64,000 bases of DNA from IMG/VR virus record IMGVR_UViG_3300036781_000714, positions 1,021 through 65,020 of that record; one strand, written 5' to 3'. Positions 10,091-17,972 of this stretch are shown here, in pieces (position 1 is the first letter of the stretch; each line of letters starts with the position of its first letter). Below the pieces are notes generated by a model. It did no database searches and was not told where the DNA came from. It worked only from the letters and a program-made list of their open reading frames with translations. The position numbers and the translations under genes are program-made. This DNA comes from a virus (lineage: Duplodnaviria; Caudoviricetes).

Positions 10091-10252
10091 TCAACCGCCG
10101 CCAGGCTCCTCGACGCAGCGACCGCCAGACATGATGTATCCCGAGCGACAATCGCCATCGTCGCCGGCCGAGCGCGGACCGGTGGCGCTAGTCGCGCATG
10201 CCGACAGCACCATCGGAATGAGTGCTGCGAGAACGAGCAGTCCTTTACGCAT
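10091..10252 (-). CDS. 53-aa lipoprotein-signal peptide with C-terminal Cys-x10-Cys loop
   Basis: AAGGAGG RBS; MRKGLLVLAALIPMVLSAC lipobox; CRSGYIMSGGRC. Confidence 0.75.
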   Translation of the reverse strand: MRKGLLVLAALIPMVLSACATSATGPRSAGDDGDCRSGYIMSGGRCVEEPGGG

Positions 10253-10361
10253 GACAAGCCTCCTTGCAGTGTTGAAGTGGCCTAAAACGACACGCAGATT
10301 CAGGTTACTGGCCATGAAGCCGCGTCGGACCTATCGATTTGTGACATCATTTCGGCGATTC

Positions 10362-10763
10362 ATGACACCAGCGGCAATCGCTCTACTCGCGTTGCCCTGT
10401 GGCGGCTGCAGAGTTGATCTCGAGTACCGCTGGATTCAGCGCGAAGATGGGCTCGGGATGAAGGCACCAATCATTCACCGAGTGCGTGTTCGTTCGCACA
10501 GGGACTCGAACGACGTTGAGTGGCTCGAAGAAATCACATCAGCTGATAGCGTGAGTGATCGGACCATTGCGACATATGGAACCAGAGACTCCGAGTTTTC
10601 TCGATGCAGTGTTTACGATGAGCAGAACTGGCATTGTGATCTCGGGTTTCAGGCACAAGTCGTCATCACGATGGATATGAAAAACGGAACGTTGCATCGA
10701 TCATATTTCGGAGAGCGGCAAGACTTCATAACAATTCGCTCTATCCATGGATTCATGTTTTAA
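10362..10763 (+). CDS. Putative secreted/lipoprotein
   Basis: MTPAAIALLALPCGGC N-terminus; lower GC than surroundings. Confidence 0.55.
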   Translation: MTPAAIALLALPCGGCRVDLEYRWIQREDGLGMKAPIIHRVRVRSHRDSNDVEWLEEITSADSVSDRTIATYGTRDSEFSRCSVYDEQNWHCDLGFQAQVVITMDMKNGTLHRSYFGERQDFITIRSIHGFMF

Positions 10764-10796
10764 TTCTCACCCGTCTAGCGCCACGCTCGGGCCGCC

Positions 10797-11078
10797 GTGA
10801 TTTGGACCGACGCACACGGTCTCGCGTGGGAGATCGTCGACTGGGAGTGGAAGGACTTTAACAAGTCAAAACGCCGCGTCACGCTCGGCACCTTCAACGC
10901 CGATGGCCGAGCGTTTGTGCCACACCACCGAGAGGGCGACGTCCGGATCTACTACGTCCACACCTTCTGGTATCACGACACCTCAGACCGCGTGCTGCAA
11001 GAACAACTGCGATTGTCACGGCCCGCGTCGATGACCGTCGCCCAAGCGTTCTGGCACCGTAACGACGTTCATTCGTAG
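10797..11078 (+). CDS. Hypothetical protein
   Basis: 93-aa Trp-rich ORF. Confidence 0.55.
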   Translation: MIWTDAHGLAWEIVDWEWKDFNKSKRRVTLGTFNADGRAFVPHHREGDVRIYYVHTFWYHDTSDRVLQEQLRLSRPASMTVAQAFWHRNDVHS

Positions 11079-11089
11079 CCTGACCGCTT

Positions 11090-12175
11090 CTACTGACAGG
11101 CCGTCGAGAAGACGAAGTTGTCCCAGTAGTGGTATTCAAGGATGCTCGCCTCGCCCGGCGCGCCTTCGCGCTGATAACCGAAGGCCAGCGTCTGCATCTT
11201 GGTCGAGGTCGATGCGCCGGCGTTGGTGTACGCGAGCCCGGTCATGTTTCCCACGAGCTTGCCGTTGATCCAGAGCTTGAACACGCCGTCTTTCGCGCCA
11301 GGTGTCGAGTTCATCGTGAGCTGGATCTGCATGTGCGTCCACACGCCTGCTTGCATGACGAACTGCGACTTCACCCCAGCGCCGTTCTGCGTATCGGTGC
11401 CGTAGATGTTCGAGTTCGTTCCGCCGCTGCCGACGACGACGCTCGCCTGATGGCCGGTGAGCCAGAAATACGTGAGCTTTCGCAACACCAGGCCGTCTGT
11501 CCAGCGCGGCGTGTCAGGCGGCACGTACATGTCGGCGTTGACGCAGATCGTCTGGCCGTGCGCGACGCCGCCGTTTGCGGGGAGATACCAGAGATACTGA
11601 TTCAGGTCGGCGACGGTGTTGGGCGGGACCACGCACGCGGGCTGGCCTCCGCCACAGGCGTATGTCACGCGCAGCACCTTGCCGTGGCCGGAATTCGTCG
11701 GATCAACGACGATCGAATCGTGCGCGGGTGCGTCCGTCGACATCGCCCCGTACGAACCATTATCAAAGTTTACTGATGCGAGCACCGTCCCTGCCGCTGA
11801 CGGGGGCTTTGTCGTCGTGTCGGTCGGCGACGGCGTGGTGTCCTTCGGCGGCGGATTCACGATCACGACGGTCGAGTCTTTGCGCACCGTGTCGATGCGC
11901 AGGATCGTCAGCGTCGAATCCTTCCGCACGGTATCGATGAGCGTGATCAACACATGCGCGATCGATAGACTTATCGGCACGCCCCTCACGAGCGACGCGG
12001 GCACCGAGTCCGCCAGCTTGATCGTGACCGTTCTATTGATCGGGCTCGTCGACGACACGGCGCCAGCGATCACCTGCGCGTACGCAGGCGTGGCGCACGC
12101 GGCAAACGTGCAAAGGGCCGCAATCGCAAGCGACGCGGCCCTCGTGAGGTAGCGAACAGCGCGGACCGGATTCAC
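11090..12175 (-). CDS. Secreted protein with LamG/concanavalin (polysaccharide-lyase-like) domain
   Basis: Signal peptide ...TPAYAQ, Pro/Thr linker, WTHMQIQL..NSTPGAKDGVFKLWING, YWDNFV; GTGA overlap start. Confidence 0.7.
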   Translation of the reverse strand: MNPVRAVRYLTRAASLAIAALCTFAACATPAYAQVIAGAVSSTSPINRTVTIKLADSVPASLVRGVPISLSIAHVLITLIDTVRKDSTLTILRIDTVRKDSTVVIVNPPPKDTTPSPTDTTTKPPSAAGTVLASVNFDNGSYGAMSTDAPAHDSIVVDPTNSGHGKVLRVTYACGGGQPACVVPPNTVADLNQYLWYLPANGGVAHGQTICVNADMYVPPDTPRWTDGLVLRKLTYFWLTGHQASVVVGSGGTNSNIYGTDTQNGAGVKSQFVMQAGVWTHMQIQLTMNSTPGAKDGVFKLWINGKLVGNMTGLAYTNAGASTSTKMQTLAFGYQREGAPGEASILEYHYWDNFVFSTACQ

Positions 12176-12807
12176 GACGCGCCTCCTGGAAGCGGAAAGT
12201 TGTTGTACGCGGCGTTGCGTGAATCGATGGTGATTCCGCCGCCACCACCGGACGTGAACTCGAATACACCATCGGGACGCAAAACGTACGACTGCCCGAT
12301 GACTTGTTTGAGTTGGAAAGCGAACCACTGGATCGGTTGACCAGCCCATGCGGGATCGCTTGCACGCTCAGCGACAAGTCGGTCTACGTCCGCCTGCGTG
12401 AGCACACCCGATGTCGGCGCCGGTGGGGGTGAGGACGGCTCAGGTGGCGCGGCCGGAGTCTGGACGCTGATCGTTAAGGGGCTCGAGGCAGGCGCGGGTG
12501 TCGGAGCCACCGGGGCGACGGGAGTCGCTGGTGTCGACGGAGTCGTTGGGCTCGACACTGCGGGCGCAGTCGTTGCGGGCGCCGCGTCAGTGGTCGTCTC
12601 GCTGCCAAGCAATCGCTCTGCCCCGGCCGCGACGGTGACAACGGCGACCGCATACGCCTTCTCAGGCTCAGGAATCAACGCGATCACCTCGGCTTTCCCG
12701 AGCGTTGCGATCCCGGAGAGCAGTTTCTGAAAAACGCTATGCCAGAAGCTCGCGTGCTCTTCGTGCGGCGCGTCTGGCGCTGGCGGTACTATTACGAGTT
12801 CGCTCAT
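12172..12807 (-). CDS. Pro/Ala/Thr-rich protein in lysis cassette
   Basis: 211 aa, downstream of the endolysin. Confidence 0.65.
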   Translation of the reverse strand: MSELVIVPPAPDAPHEEHASFWHSVFQKLLSGIATLGKAEVIALIPEPEKAYAVAVVTVAAGAERLLGSETTTDAAPATTAPAVSSPTTPSTPATPVAPVAPTPAPASSPLTISVQTPAAPPEPSSPPPAPTSGVLTQADVDRLVAERASDPAWAGQPIQWFAFQLKQVIGQSYVLRPDGVFEFTSGGGGGITIDSRNAAYNNFPLPGGAS

Positions 12808-12832
12808 ACCGATGTCCTCATTGTCTCAAAGG

Positions 12833-13372
12833 TTAGTCTATCGCGTGCAGCTCGCGCCAAACTGCTTCCACACCACCGGTCGCGAGCAGCTCGGCGGCAT
12901 GGTCAGAGGGTGAGACGTGCATCCCATCGCAAAACCACTGCATGTGCGGCTGGTCGCAGAGGTGCTTGCCCGGCTCTTGGCTGTCCGGGATGCCATTCCG
13001 ATTCCAGTCGGCGCCGACCGTGAGGCCCCGCGCTTCGGCGATGGCCATGACGTCGCGCCAGAACGAGGCCGGTTCGCGGCCGGGTGAGAATCGGCGATCG
13101 CCGAGATCGACGGCGAGGCCGTAGTGGTGCCACGTCTTGAGCGCGTTCACTGCGTTCGTGACGATGCCGCGGCCGTCATCGAACTCACGACCGCACCGGT
13201 ACAGCCAGTCGGCGCGCTCGTTCGACCGCACGGATTCGCGCACACAGACGAGCCATTCTTTGTCGACGAGGTCCGCGAGTACGAGTTCGACCTGCGTCCG
13301 GAACTTCGGCGCCAACCCGGCGAGATCCGTGATGGCGGAGGGTTCGGGAATCGAGGGGCGCGGGAGCGTCAT
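12833..13372 (-). CDS. Endolysin, M15 family (L-Ala-D-Glu peptidase-like)
   Basis: RSNERADWLY..GR, IVTNA, WHHYGLAVD, DQPHMQ. Confidence 0.88.
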   Translation of the reverse strand: MTLPRPSIPEPSAITDLAGLAPKFRTQVELVLADLVDKEWLVCVRESVRSNERADWLYRCGREFDDGRGIVTNAVNALKTWHHYGLAVDLGDRRFSPGREPASFWRDVMAIAEARGLTVGADWNRNGIPDSQEPGKHLCDQPHMQWFCDGMHVSPSDHAAELLATGGVEAVWRELHAID

Positions 13373-13833
13373 AAGGATTCTCTGTTGATGGACTGGTTGC
13401 GTGGCGGGTGGAACGAACCGACTTGCTGGGGACTGAGGCGATCACGCTCTCGCTTGTCGACTTCCTCTTGCCATTTCTCGAGATCTTCGATGCGTGAGCG
13501 TTGACCATTCTTGCCGTCTTCACCGATGAGATGCCCATAGGCGCCGCGAATCTTCCGGTCTTGCTCAGCGTTCAACTGCGTCTGCTCTTGGATGAAGCGG
13601 CGTTGTCGCCGTGCCACGGCGCGCAGTCGACGCTCGAGATTATTCGTCTGCGACTCTGATTCCCGGCGCGCGTCGTCGATCTTCTCGCCGACGAGTTCGA
13701 TCGCCGTCTTCTCGCGACGCGTGCGTCTGCCGCGCAATGCTTCGCGCACCACCAGGGCAAGGGCGCTCGATAGCATGGCGCCTGCGGTGGCGAGCGTCCC
13801 GGCGTTCGCAGCAGCGGACGATTCCAATGCCAT
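13369..13833 (-). CDS. Membrane-anchored coiled-coil protein (holin-like position)
   Basis: N-terminal hydrophobic segment, then basic coiled coil; overlaps the endolysin start. Confidence 0.55.
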   Translation of the reverse strand: MALESSAAANAGTLATAGAMLSSALALVVREALRGRRTRREKTAIELVGEKIDDARRESESQTNNLERRLRAVARRQRRFIQEQTQLNAEQDRKIRGAYGHLIGEDGKNGQRSRIEDLEKWQEEVDKRERDRLSPQQVGSFHPPRNQSINRESL

Positions 13834-13852
13834 CGCGACCTCATCGTCGGGG

Positions 13853-13890
13853 AAAAAGAAAGGCCCGCGCTCTCACAGGAGAGCCGGGCC
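13853..13890 (-). terminator. Intrinsic terminator
   Basis: GGCCCG-GCTCTC-CTGT-GAGAGC-G-CGGGCC-TTTCTTTTT on the minus strand. Confidence 0.7.
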
Positions 13891-13960
13891 GGTTGGCAGT
13901 TCTAGTTTGGGGGCGTTACTTCTGTTTCAAAGATCTCACAATACGGAAACTGGCATCGTC

Positions 13961-14908
13961 TTACTCGTCGTTCTTGTCCTCCGGCTTCGACTTCGGAAGT
14001 TTCTTTTGATCGAGCTTTTTCAATTCACGGTGCGTTTTCTTCAATCCGCTCTTCACGGCCTTGAGATCCTCAGCCGGGGGCAACCGCTCGGGCATCGTGC
14101 CGCCGATTTCGGCGATCGTATTCCGTACGTGGCGACCGACATCCTCGGCCGTGCGCTCTGCCTGATACTGCCCGCGCACTCTATCCTTTCGAATCTTCGA
14201 CTCAGTCTGGGTGATGCGAAACAGATTGGCGGCAAGTTCTTCTTTGCCCATGAAGTCGAGCAACGTCCCACTACCGACGCCTTTGAGCGCCTTTAATTGC
14301 GAAAGATTCATGTTGTACAGGCCGCGGTATCCTGCGTTTTGAAACAACGCGAAATCGGTCACGCCTGCGCCCTTTGCGACGGATGACAATGATTTCTCAC
14401 GGTCAATCATCTCGTCGCGAATGACCACGCGTTCGACGCCGTCGAGATGCAACGCCATCTGGCGCGCCGCTTCCGCAAAGCTCGCAAAGTAGACTTGTGC
14501 GCGTGCGACCTCCGCCTTGCGCGGGTCGCCATTCATCGCGATCAGGTAACAGGCGAATCGCGACAACTTGCAATCGGCGATCGGCTCGCCCTCAACCTCA
14601 CGCTGACTGTGCGTAAAGTTCTCTGGCACCGAGATCGCCAATGCAGTACACGCGGCGATGGCACGACCGACCGCCTTCTCCCACCCGTTGCCCTTGTCGT
14701 AGCCGAGCAATCGTTTGAGATCCGACTCCCACCAGTAGCGCTGGCCGTTATCGTGGCCGAACTGCTCGAAGGGCTCTTCGCCTTCGTCGAGAACGGTATT
14801 GTCTGCTTCGGGCGGGAGAATATCGGACACGGCAAAGCCCCTGAATCGGTCGGGAGAGTTTCGGTCCGGGAATCTAGCGCTCGGACGCCCATTCTCGCGA
14901 ACGCTCAC
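13961..14908 (-). CDS. dinD: DinD/BRO-N family DNA-damage-inducible protein
   Basis: LLGY, LSRFACYLIAMNGDPRKAEVARAQVYFA, FQNAGYRGLY, LDFMGKEELAANLFRITQTE. Confidence 0.8.
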   Translation of the reverse strand: MSVRENGRPSARFPDRNSPDRFRGFAVSDILPPEADNTVLDEGEEPFEQFGHDNGQRYWWESDLKRLLGYDKGNGWEKAVGRAIAACTALAISVPENFTHSQREVEGEPIADCKLSRFACYLIAMNGDPRKAEVARAQVYFASFAEAARQMALHLDGVERVVIRDEMIDREKSLSSVAKGAGVTDFALFQNAGYRGLYNMNLSQLKALKGVGSGTLLDFMGKEELAANLFRITQTESKIRKDRVRGQYQAERTAEDVGRHVRNTIAEIGGTMPERLPPAEDLKAVKSGLKKTHRELKKLDQKKLPKSKPEDKNDE

Positions 14909-15216
14909 TGGTCGCGGCCTACGCTGCGAACGTGATCTTCCGTGAGACCGAGCCGCTTGAGGCGAATCCCCTGCGCCGTCTCGTTGAGGGAGTCGATCGT
15001 ATCATCGACATCGCCGTCATGCGCGCCGACGTAGCCCCGGGCGATGCTTTGTAGTGTGTTCTCGCGGGGATTGCCGGTCATCGCCCGCTTGAGCGGCGAA
15101 CTCTCCCCTGCCGCATCACGTCGCGACTTCAATAACTCGGCGGCCGACTCCGCGTAGGCGCGCGCCGCCTTCTTCACGACGGCCTTAGGGTCCATCCCGG
15201 TCGCGTTAGTGGCCAT
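14905..15216 (-). CDS. Hypothetical protein
   Basis: 103 aa with GGAGG RBS; coupled to the dinD-like gene. Confidence 0.65.
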   Translation of the reverse strand: MATNATGMDPKAVVKKAARAYAESAAELLKSRRDAAGESSPLKRAMTGNPRENTLQSIARGYVGAHDGDVDDTIDSLNETAQGIRLKRLGLTEDHVRSVGRDQ

Positions 15217-15231
15217 GCTCGCCTCCGATGG

Positions 15232-15471
15232 CTAGCGACGCTTCTTGTCGGACGAGAAGTCGAGAATCTCGCGTGGGTCCACGCCGAGCGCCGCGCCGAG
15301 TGACTCCAGCGTGGCGAAAGAGACTTGCTTCGTCTTGTTCAGAACGATCGCGTTGACCGTCGTCATGGAAACGTTCGACTTCCGAGACAGGTCCGTCTGA
15401 GACATCGGCGGATTCTGTTTGTCGAGAATTTCCTTCAGTCGGAATCGGAGAGGCATGGTGGCCAGTTCCAT
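15232..15471 (-). CDS. Small XRE/Cro-C1 HTH regulator
   Basis: RLKEILDK..MSQTDLSRKSNVSMTTVNAIVLNKTKQVSFATLESLGAALGVDPREIL. Confidence 0.88.
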   Translation of the reverse strand: MELATMPLRFRLKEILDKQNPPMSQTDLSRKSNVSMTTVNAIVLNKTKQVSFATLESLGAALGVDPREILDFSSDKKRR

Positions 15472-15479
15472 GAGACGCA

Positions 15480-15555
15480 ATCTTACATGCGCCCACGCCT
15501 AACAGCAAGGTGTTAAAAGGAAGGTGTTGACATTCTACAACCTTCCTTTTAGTGT
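15480..15555. promoter_or_regulatory. Divergent promoters with 11-bp inverted-repeat operator
   Basis: Minus: TTGCTG-17-TAAGAT; plus: TTGACA(15527)-17-TAGTGT(15550); IR TAAAAGGAAGG(15514-24)/CCTTCCTTTTA(15541-51). Confidence 0.7.
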
Positions 15556-15685
15556 CTTCCTGCAAGAAAGAGCCAGCCGGAATGCCCTGGTAGACAGATC
15601 CGGACTGGCTCCTCACGGACCACGAAGGGACCGCACCTGCAAAGTACAGGTACGTGCCCTCGCCGACAACCAACGAGGATGGCGT

Positions 15686-16051
15686 ATGGCAACGAAACCG
15701 AGAATGGTGAGCACGTCGAAGCGAGAGACGCGACCCGAACCGGCGCAACCCGAGCGACCGGTGTCCTGGACGGCGAGTCAGCTGCACATCGTGACTGCGG
15801 AGAACGGCCTCGTGGACATGGAACTCGGCAATCACATATCCGGGGGGTTGGGCGTTGCGGTGCTGATCCGATCTCTGCGTCCTGAATCGAAGACCGGCGA
15901 AGAGCGGCGCATTCGCTTCGTGATTGATCAGCCCCATGTAATCAACGGCGCGGACGAACTGCGGCGGCTTGCGAAGGCGTTGACGAGTGCCGCCGATGAA
16001 CTCGACAGTACCGCGTGGATTGAACAGACGCTGCGCCAGCGGAGCGCCTGA
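15686..16051 (+). CDS. Hypothetical protein, first gene of the RAMP-like operon
   Basis: GAGG RBS; MATKPRMVST... Confidence 0.7.
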   Translation: MATKPRMVSTSKRETRPEPAQPERPVSWTASQLHIVTAENGLVDMELGNHISGGLGVAVLIRSLRPESKTGEERRIRFVIDQPHVINGADELRRLAKALTSAADELDSTAWIEQTLRQRSA

Positions 16052-16054
16052 ACC

Positions 16055-16681
16055 GTGGCCAAGAAAAAAGAAGTGGCCGTGCAGCCCAGCGCGCCAAATG
16101 GCGCTATCACGATTCCGCCGTTGACTATTCAACGACTGCAGCTGGGCGTCGTCGGCGATTCCCCGCTCATCATGCATCGCTGGAGCGAAAAGGCGAAAGC
16201 GATCATGCTTGGGCGAATGATGAAGAAGGCGAAAGCCGCCAAAGCGGCTCGCGATCCCGAAGCAGACTTCTATGAGTCGATGTACATCCTGCAGGACAAC
16301 AAGCAACGTGATCTGACGAAGATGGTGTTCGGATTTCCGAGCGTCGGATTCAAAAGTGCACTGGTCGACGCCGCAAGTTTCGTCGACGGCATTACCAAGG
16401 TCGCAGTTCGAGGCGCTCTTCACCTCGTTGGTGAATACGTCATCATCAACGGTCTGCCCACTATGCGCGAAGACACCGTTCGCGTAGGCATGGGCGCGGC
16501 CGACCTGCGCTATCGCGGCGAATTCCGCGACTGGAGCGCAACGCTGGATGTCGCGCTCAATCCGAGCGTATTGAGCGCCGAGCAAATCGCGCACTTGGCG
16601 AATCTCGCCGGGTTTGCGGTCGGCGTCGGCGAATGGCGCCCACAACGCGACGGCCAGTTCGGTCGGTTCCACGTCGTTTAA
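16055..16681 (+). CDS. Stand-alone RAMP/Cas7-like protein (Vipr-like candidate RNA-guided effector)
   Basis: N-terminal strand VVGDSPLIMH, FPSVGFKSALVDAA helix, thumb hairpin MREDTVRVGMGAADLRYRGEF, C-terminal G-rich loop AGFAVGVGEWRPQRDGQFGRF. Confidence 0.75.
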   Translation: MAKKKEVAVQPSAPNGAITIPPLTIQRLQLGVVGDSPLIMHRWSEKAKAIMLGRMMKKAKAAKAARDPEADFYESMYILQDNKQRDLTKMVFGFPSVGFKSALVDAASFVDGITKVAVRGALHLVGEYVIINGLPTMREDTVRVGMGAADLRYRGEFRDWSATLDVALNPSVLSAEQIAHLANLAGFAVGVGEWRPQRDGQFGRFHVV

Positions 16682-16700
16682 CAATCTTCCGAGAATACTC

Positions 16701-17183
16701 ATGGTATACGAATGGGCGAGCGGCGCCCGGTTCCCTGCCGAAGCACAAGCGATCGGTGATCGGTGCGAACTGTTGCGCAAACGACACGGCGGCACGGTCG
16801 CGCCGGAACACGTTTTGGAAGATGCGGAGAAGAAGTCGTCTCCTCTGCACTCGTGCTTCGAGTGGAACGACGAGCGCGCCGCCCACGAATACCGACTCAC
16901 GCAAGCGCGGCTCGTACTCCGCTCGTTGGTGGTCGTCGTCGATGAGCGTGTCCCCGAACCGGTGCGCGCGTTCGTCTCCGTGCGCACCGTCGACGAGGAC
17001 GACGCGCCGAGTCGTCGGTACACTGCGATCGCCGATGCGCTCGAAGACTCAGTCATGCGCGAACAACTCCTCGAGTCTGCGCGGCGCGAGATCAAGTCGT
17101 GGCGCTCGAAGTACCAACGGCTCGACGAACTCGCGGCCATCTTTTCGGTCGTTGACGAACAGCTTGAGATTCAGCATTCCTGA
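16701..17183 (+). CDS. Phage protein adjacent to the RAMP-like gene (putative partner)
   Basis: SPLHSCFEWNDERAAHEYRLTQARLVLRS motif; starts 19 nt after the RAMP stop. Confidence 0.75.
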   Translation: MVYEWASGARFPAEAQAIGDRCELLRKRHGGTVAPEHVLEDAEKKSSPLHSCFEWNDERAAHEYRLTQARLVLRSLVVVVDERVPEPVRAFVSVRTVDEDDAPSRRYTAIADALEDSVMREQLLESARREIKSWRSKYQRLDELAAIFSVVDEQLEIQHS

Positions 17184-17278
17184 GTCTCGCCGAAGAGATA
17201 CCGATACGTTGATGAGAAGTTGCCAATCTGTCGGCTGTCACGTAGGCTCTGCCCCTCATTTCGCACGAGGAAAGGCAC

Positions 17279-17497
17279 ATGGCGGCCGACGAAGGAGACA
17301 TGTTCAAACCCGGGGACGACTGTCCCCAATCGGGGATTTATCGCGTGGTGCATGATCCGGAGCACACCAAGGAGCATGATGTCACCGTGGTGTACGGGGA
17401 ACCGTTTCCCCCGTGCAACGGTTGCGGGGCGCACCCGAGGTTTGTTCTCAAGCACAAAGCGCAGCACATCCGGAACAATGAGCATTTCAAAGAGTGA
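17279..17497 (+). CDS. YjzC-like small Zn-ribbon protein
   Basis: FKPGDDCPQSGIY...GEPFPPC; GAGG RBS. Confidence 0.7.
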   Translation: MAADEGDMFKPGDDCPQSGIYRVVHDPEHTKEHDVTVVYGEPFPPCNGCGAHPRFVLKHKAQHIRNNEHFKE

Positions 17498-17720
17498 CGC
17501 GGTCATCGTCAAGAATGGAGACGTTTCCTTCAACGTCGTCTTCGCTCTGCTGCGTGATGCGACGTCCGCAGTCGCACTGCCACGTCAATCCGACGTACAG
17601 TACGGAGCCTCGGAGCTCGTTGGTGCGCTCGAAGTGTTTCGCGAGTCGTCCGCAGTGCGTGCACATCGGGGTATGAATAGTCTTCGTGGCCACGGCGGTC
17701 GCTTCTGATGACATTCCCAT
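17487..17720 (-). CDS. Small Zn-ribbon protein
   Basis: CTHC...CDC; GAGG upstream. Confidence 0.5.
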   Translation of the reverse strand: MGMSSEATAVATKTIHTPMCTHCGRLAKHFERTNELRGSVLYVGLTWQCDCGRRITQQSEDDVEGNVSILDDDRVTL

Positions 17721-17743
17721 TGCGTAGTTCCTCAGCGCAGTGA

Positions 17744-17772
17744 TTGACGAAAAATTCGTGGGCAGATAGTGT
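17744..17772 (+). promoter_or_regulatory. Sigma70-type promoter of the pentamer-array RNA
   Basis: TTGACG-17 nt-TAGTGT. Confidence 0.7.
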
Positions 17773-17835
17773 TGCTCGCTCTTCGTTCGACGGGTGGTGT
17801 GACCGACCCTAAAGCAGCAACGCGGTCACCTTCAT

Positions 17836-17966
17836 GGCAGGCGTGGCAAGGCGGGGCGTGCCCCGGCGTGGTTCGGTCTGGCTCGGCATGGCAAGGCACG
17901 GCAGGCAAGGCTAGGCGTGGTGTGGTGAGGCCAGGTGCGGCGGGTCAAGGCTAGGCGTGGTTGGCT
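17836..17966 (+). repeat. GGY-NN pentamer array; two units, each opened by GGCA
   Basis: Unit 1 (17836-17899) NN = GT AA GG GT CC GT TC CT TC AT AA AC; unit 2 (from 17900) NN = AA TA GT GT GA CA GC GG AA TA GT; only 2 of 23 triplets deviate (GCC, GTC). Confidence 0.92.
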
Positions 17967-17972
17967 GGAATC

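Noticed and set aside
11954-11989. Possible self-target of array unit 1 (gapped match, minus strand, 16 of 24 bases, 7 of 12 dinucleotides)
   Set aside because: A rough binomial estimate gives a few such matches by chance in 128 kb of both strands; not significant
15206-17140. 644-aa minus-strand ORF
   Set aside because: Antisense shadow of three plus-strand genes; it also crosses the divergent promoter region and has no protein-like motifs
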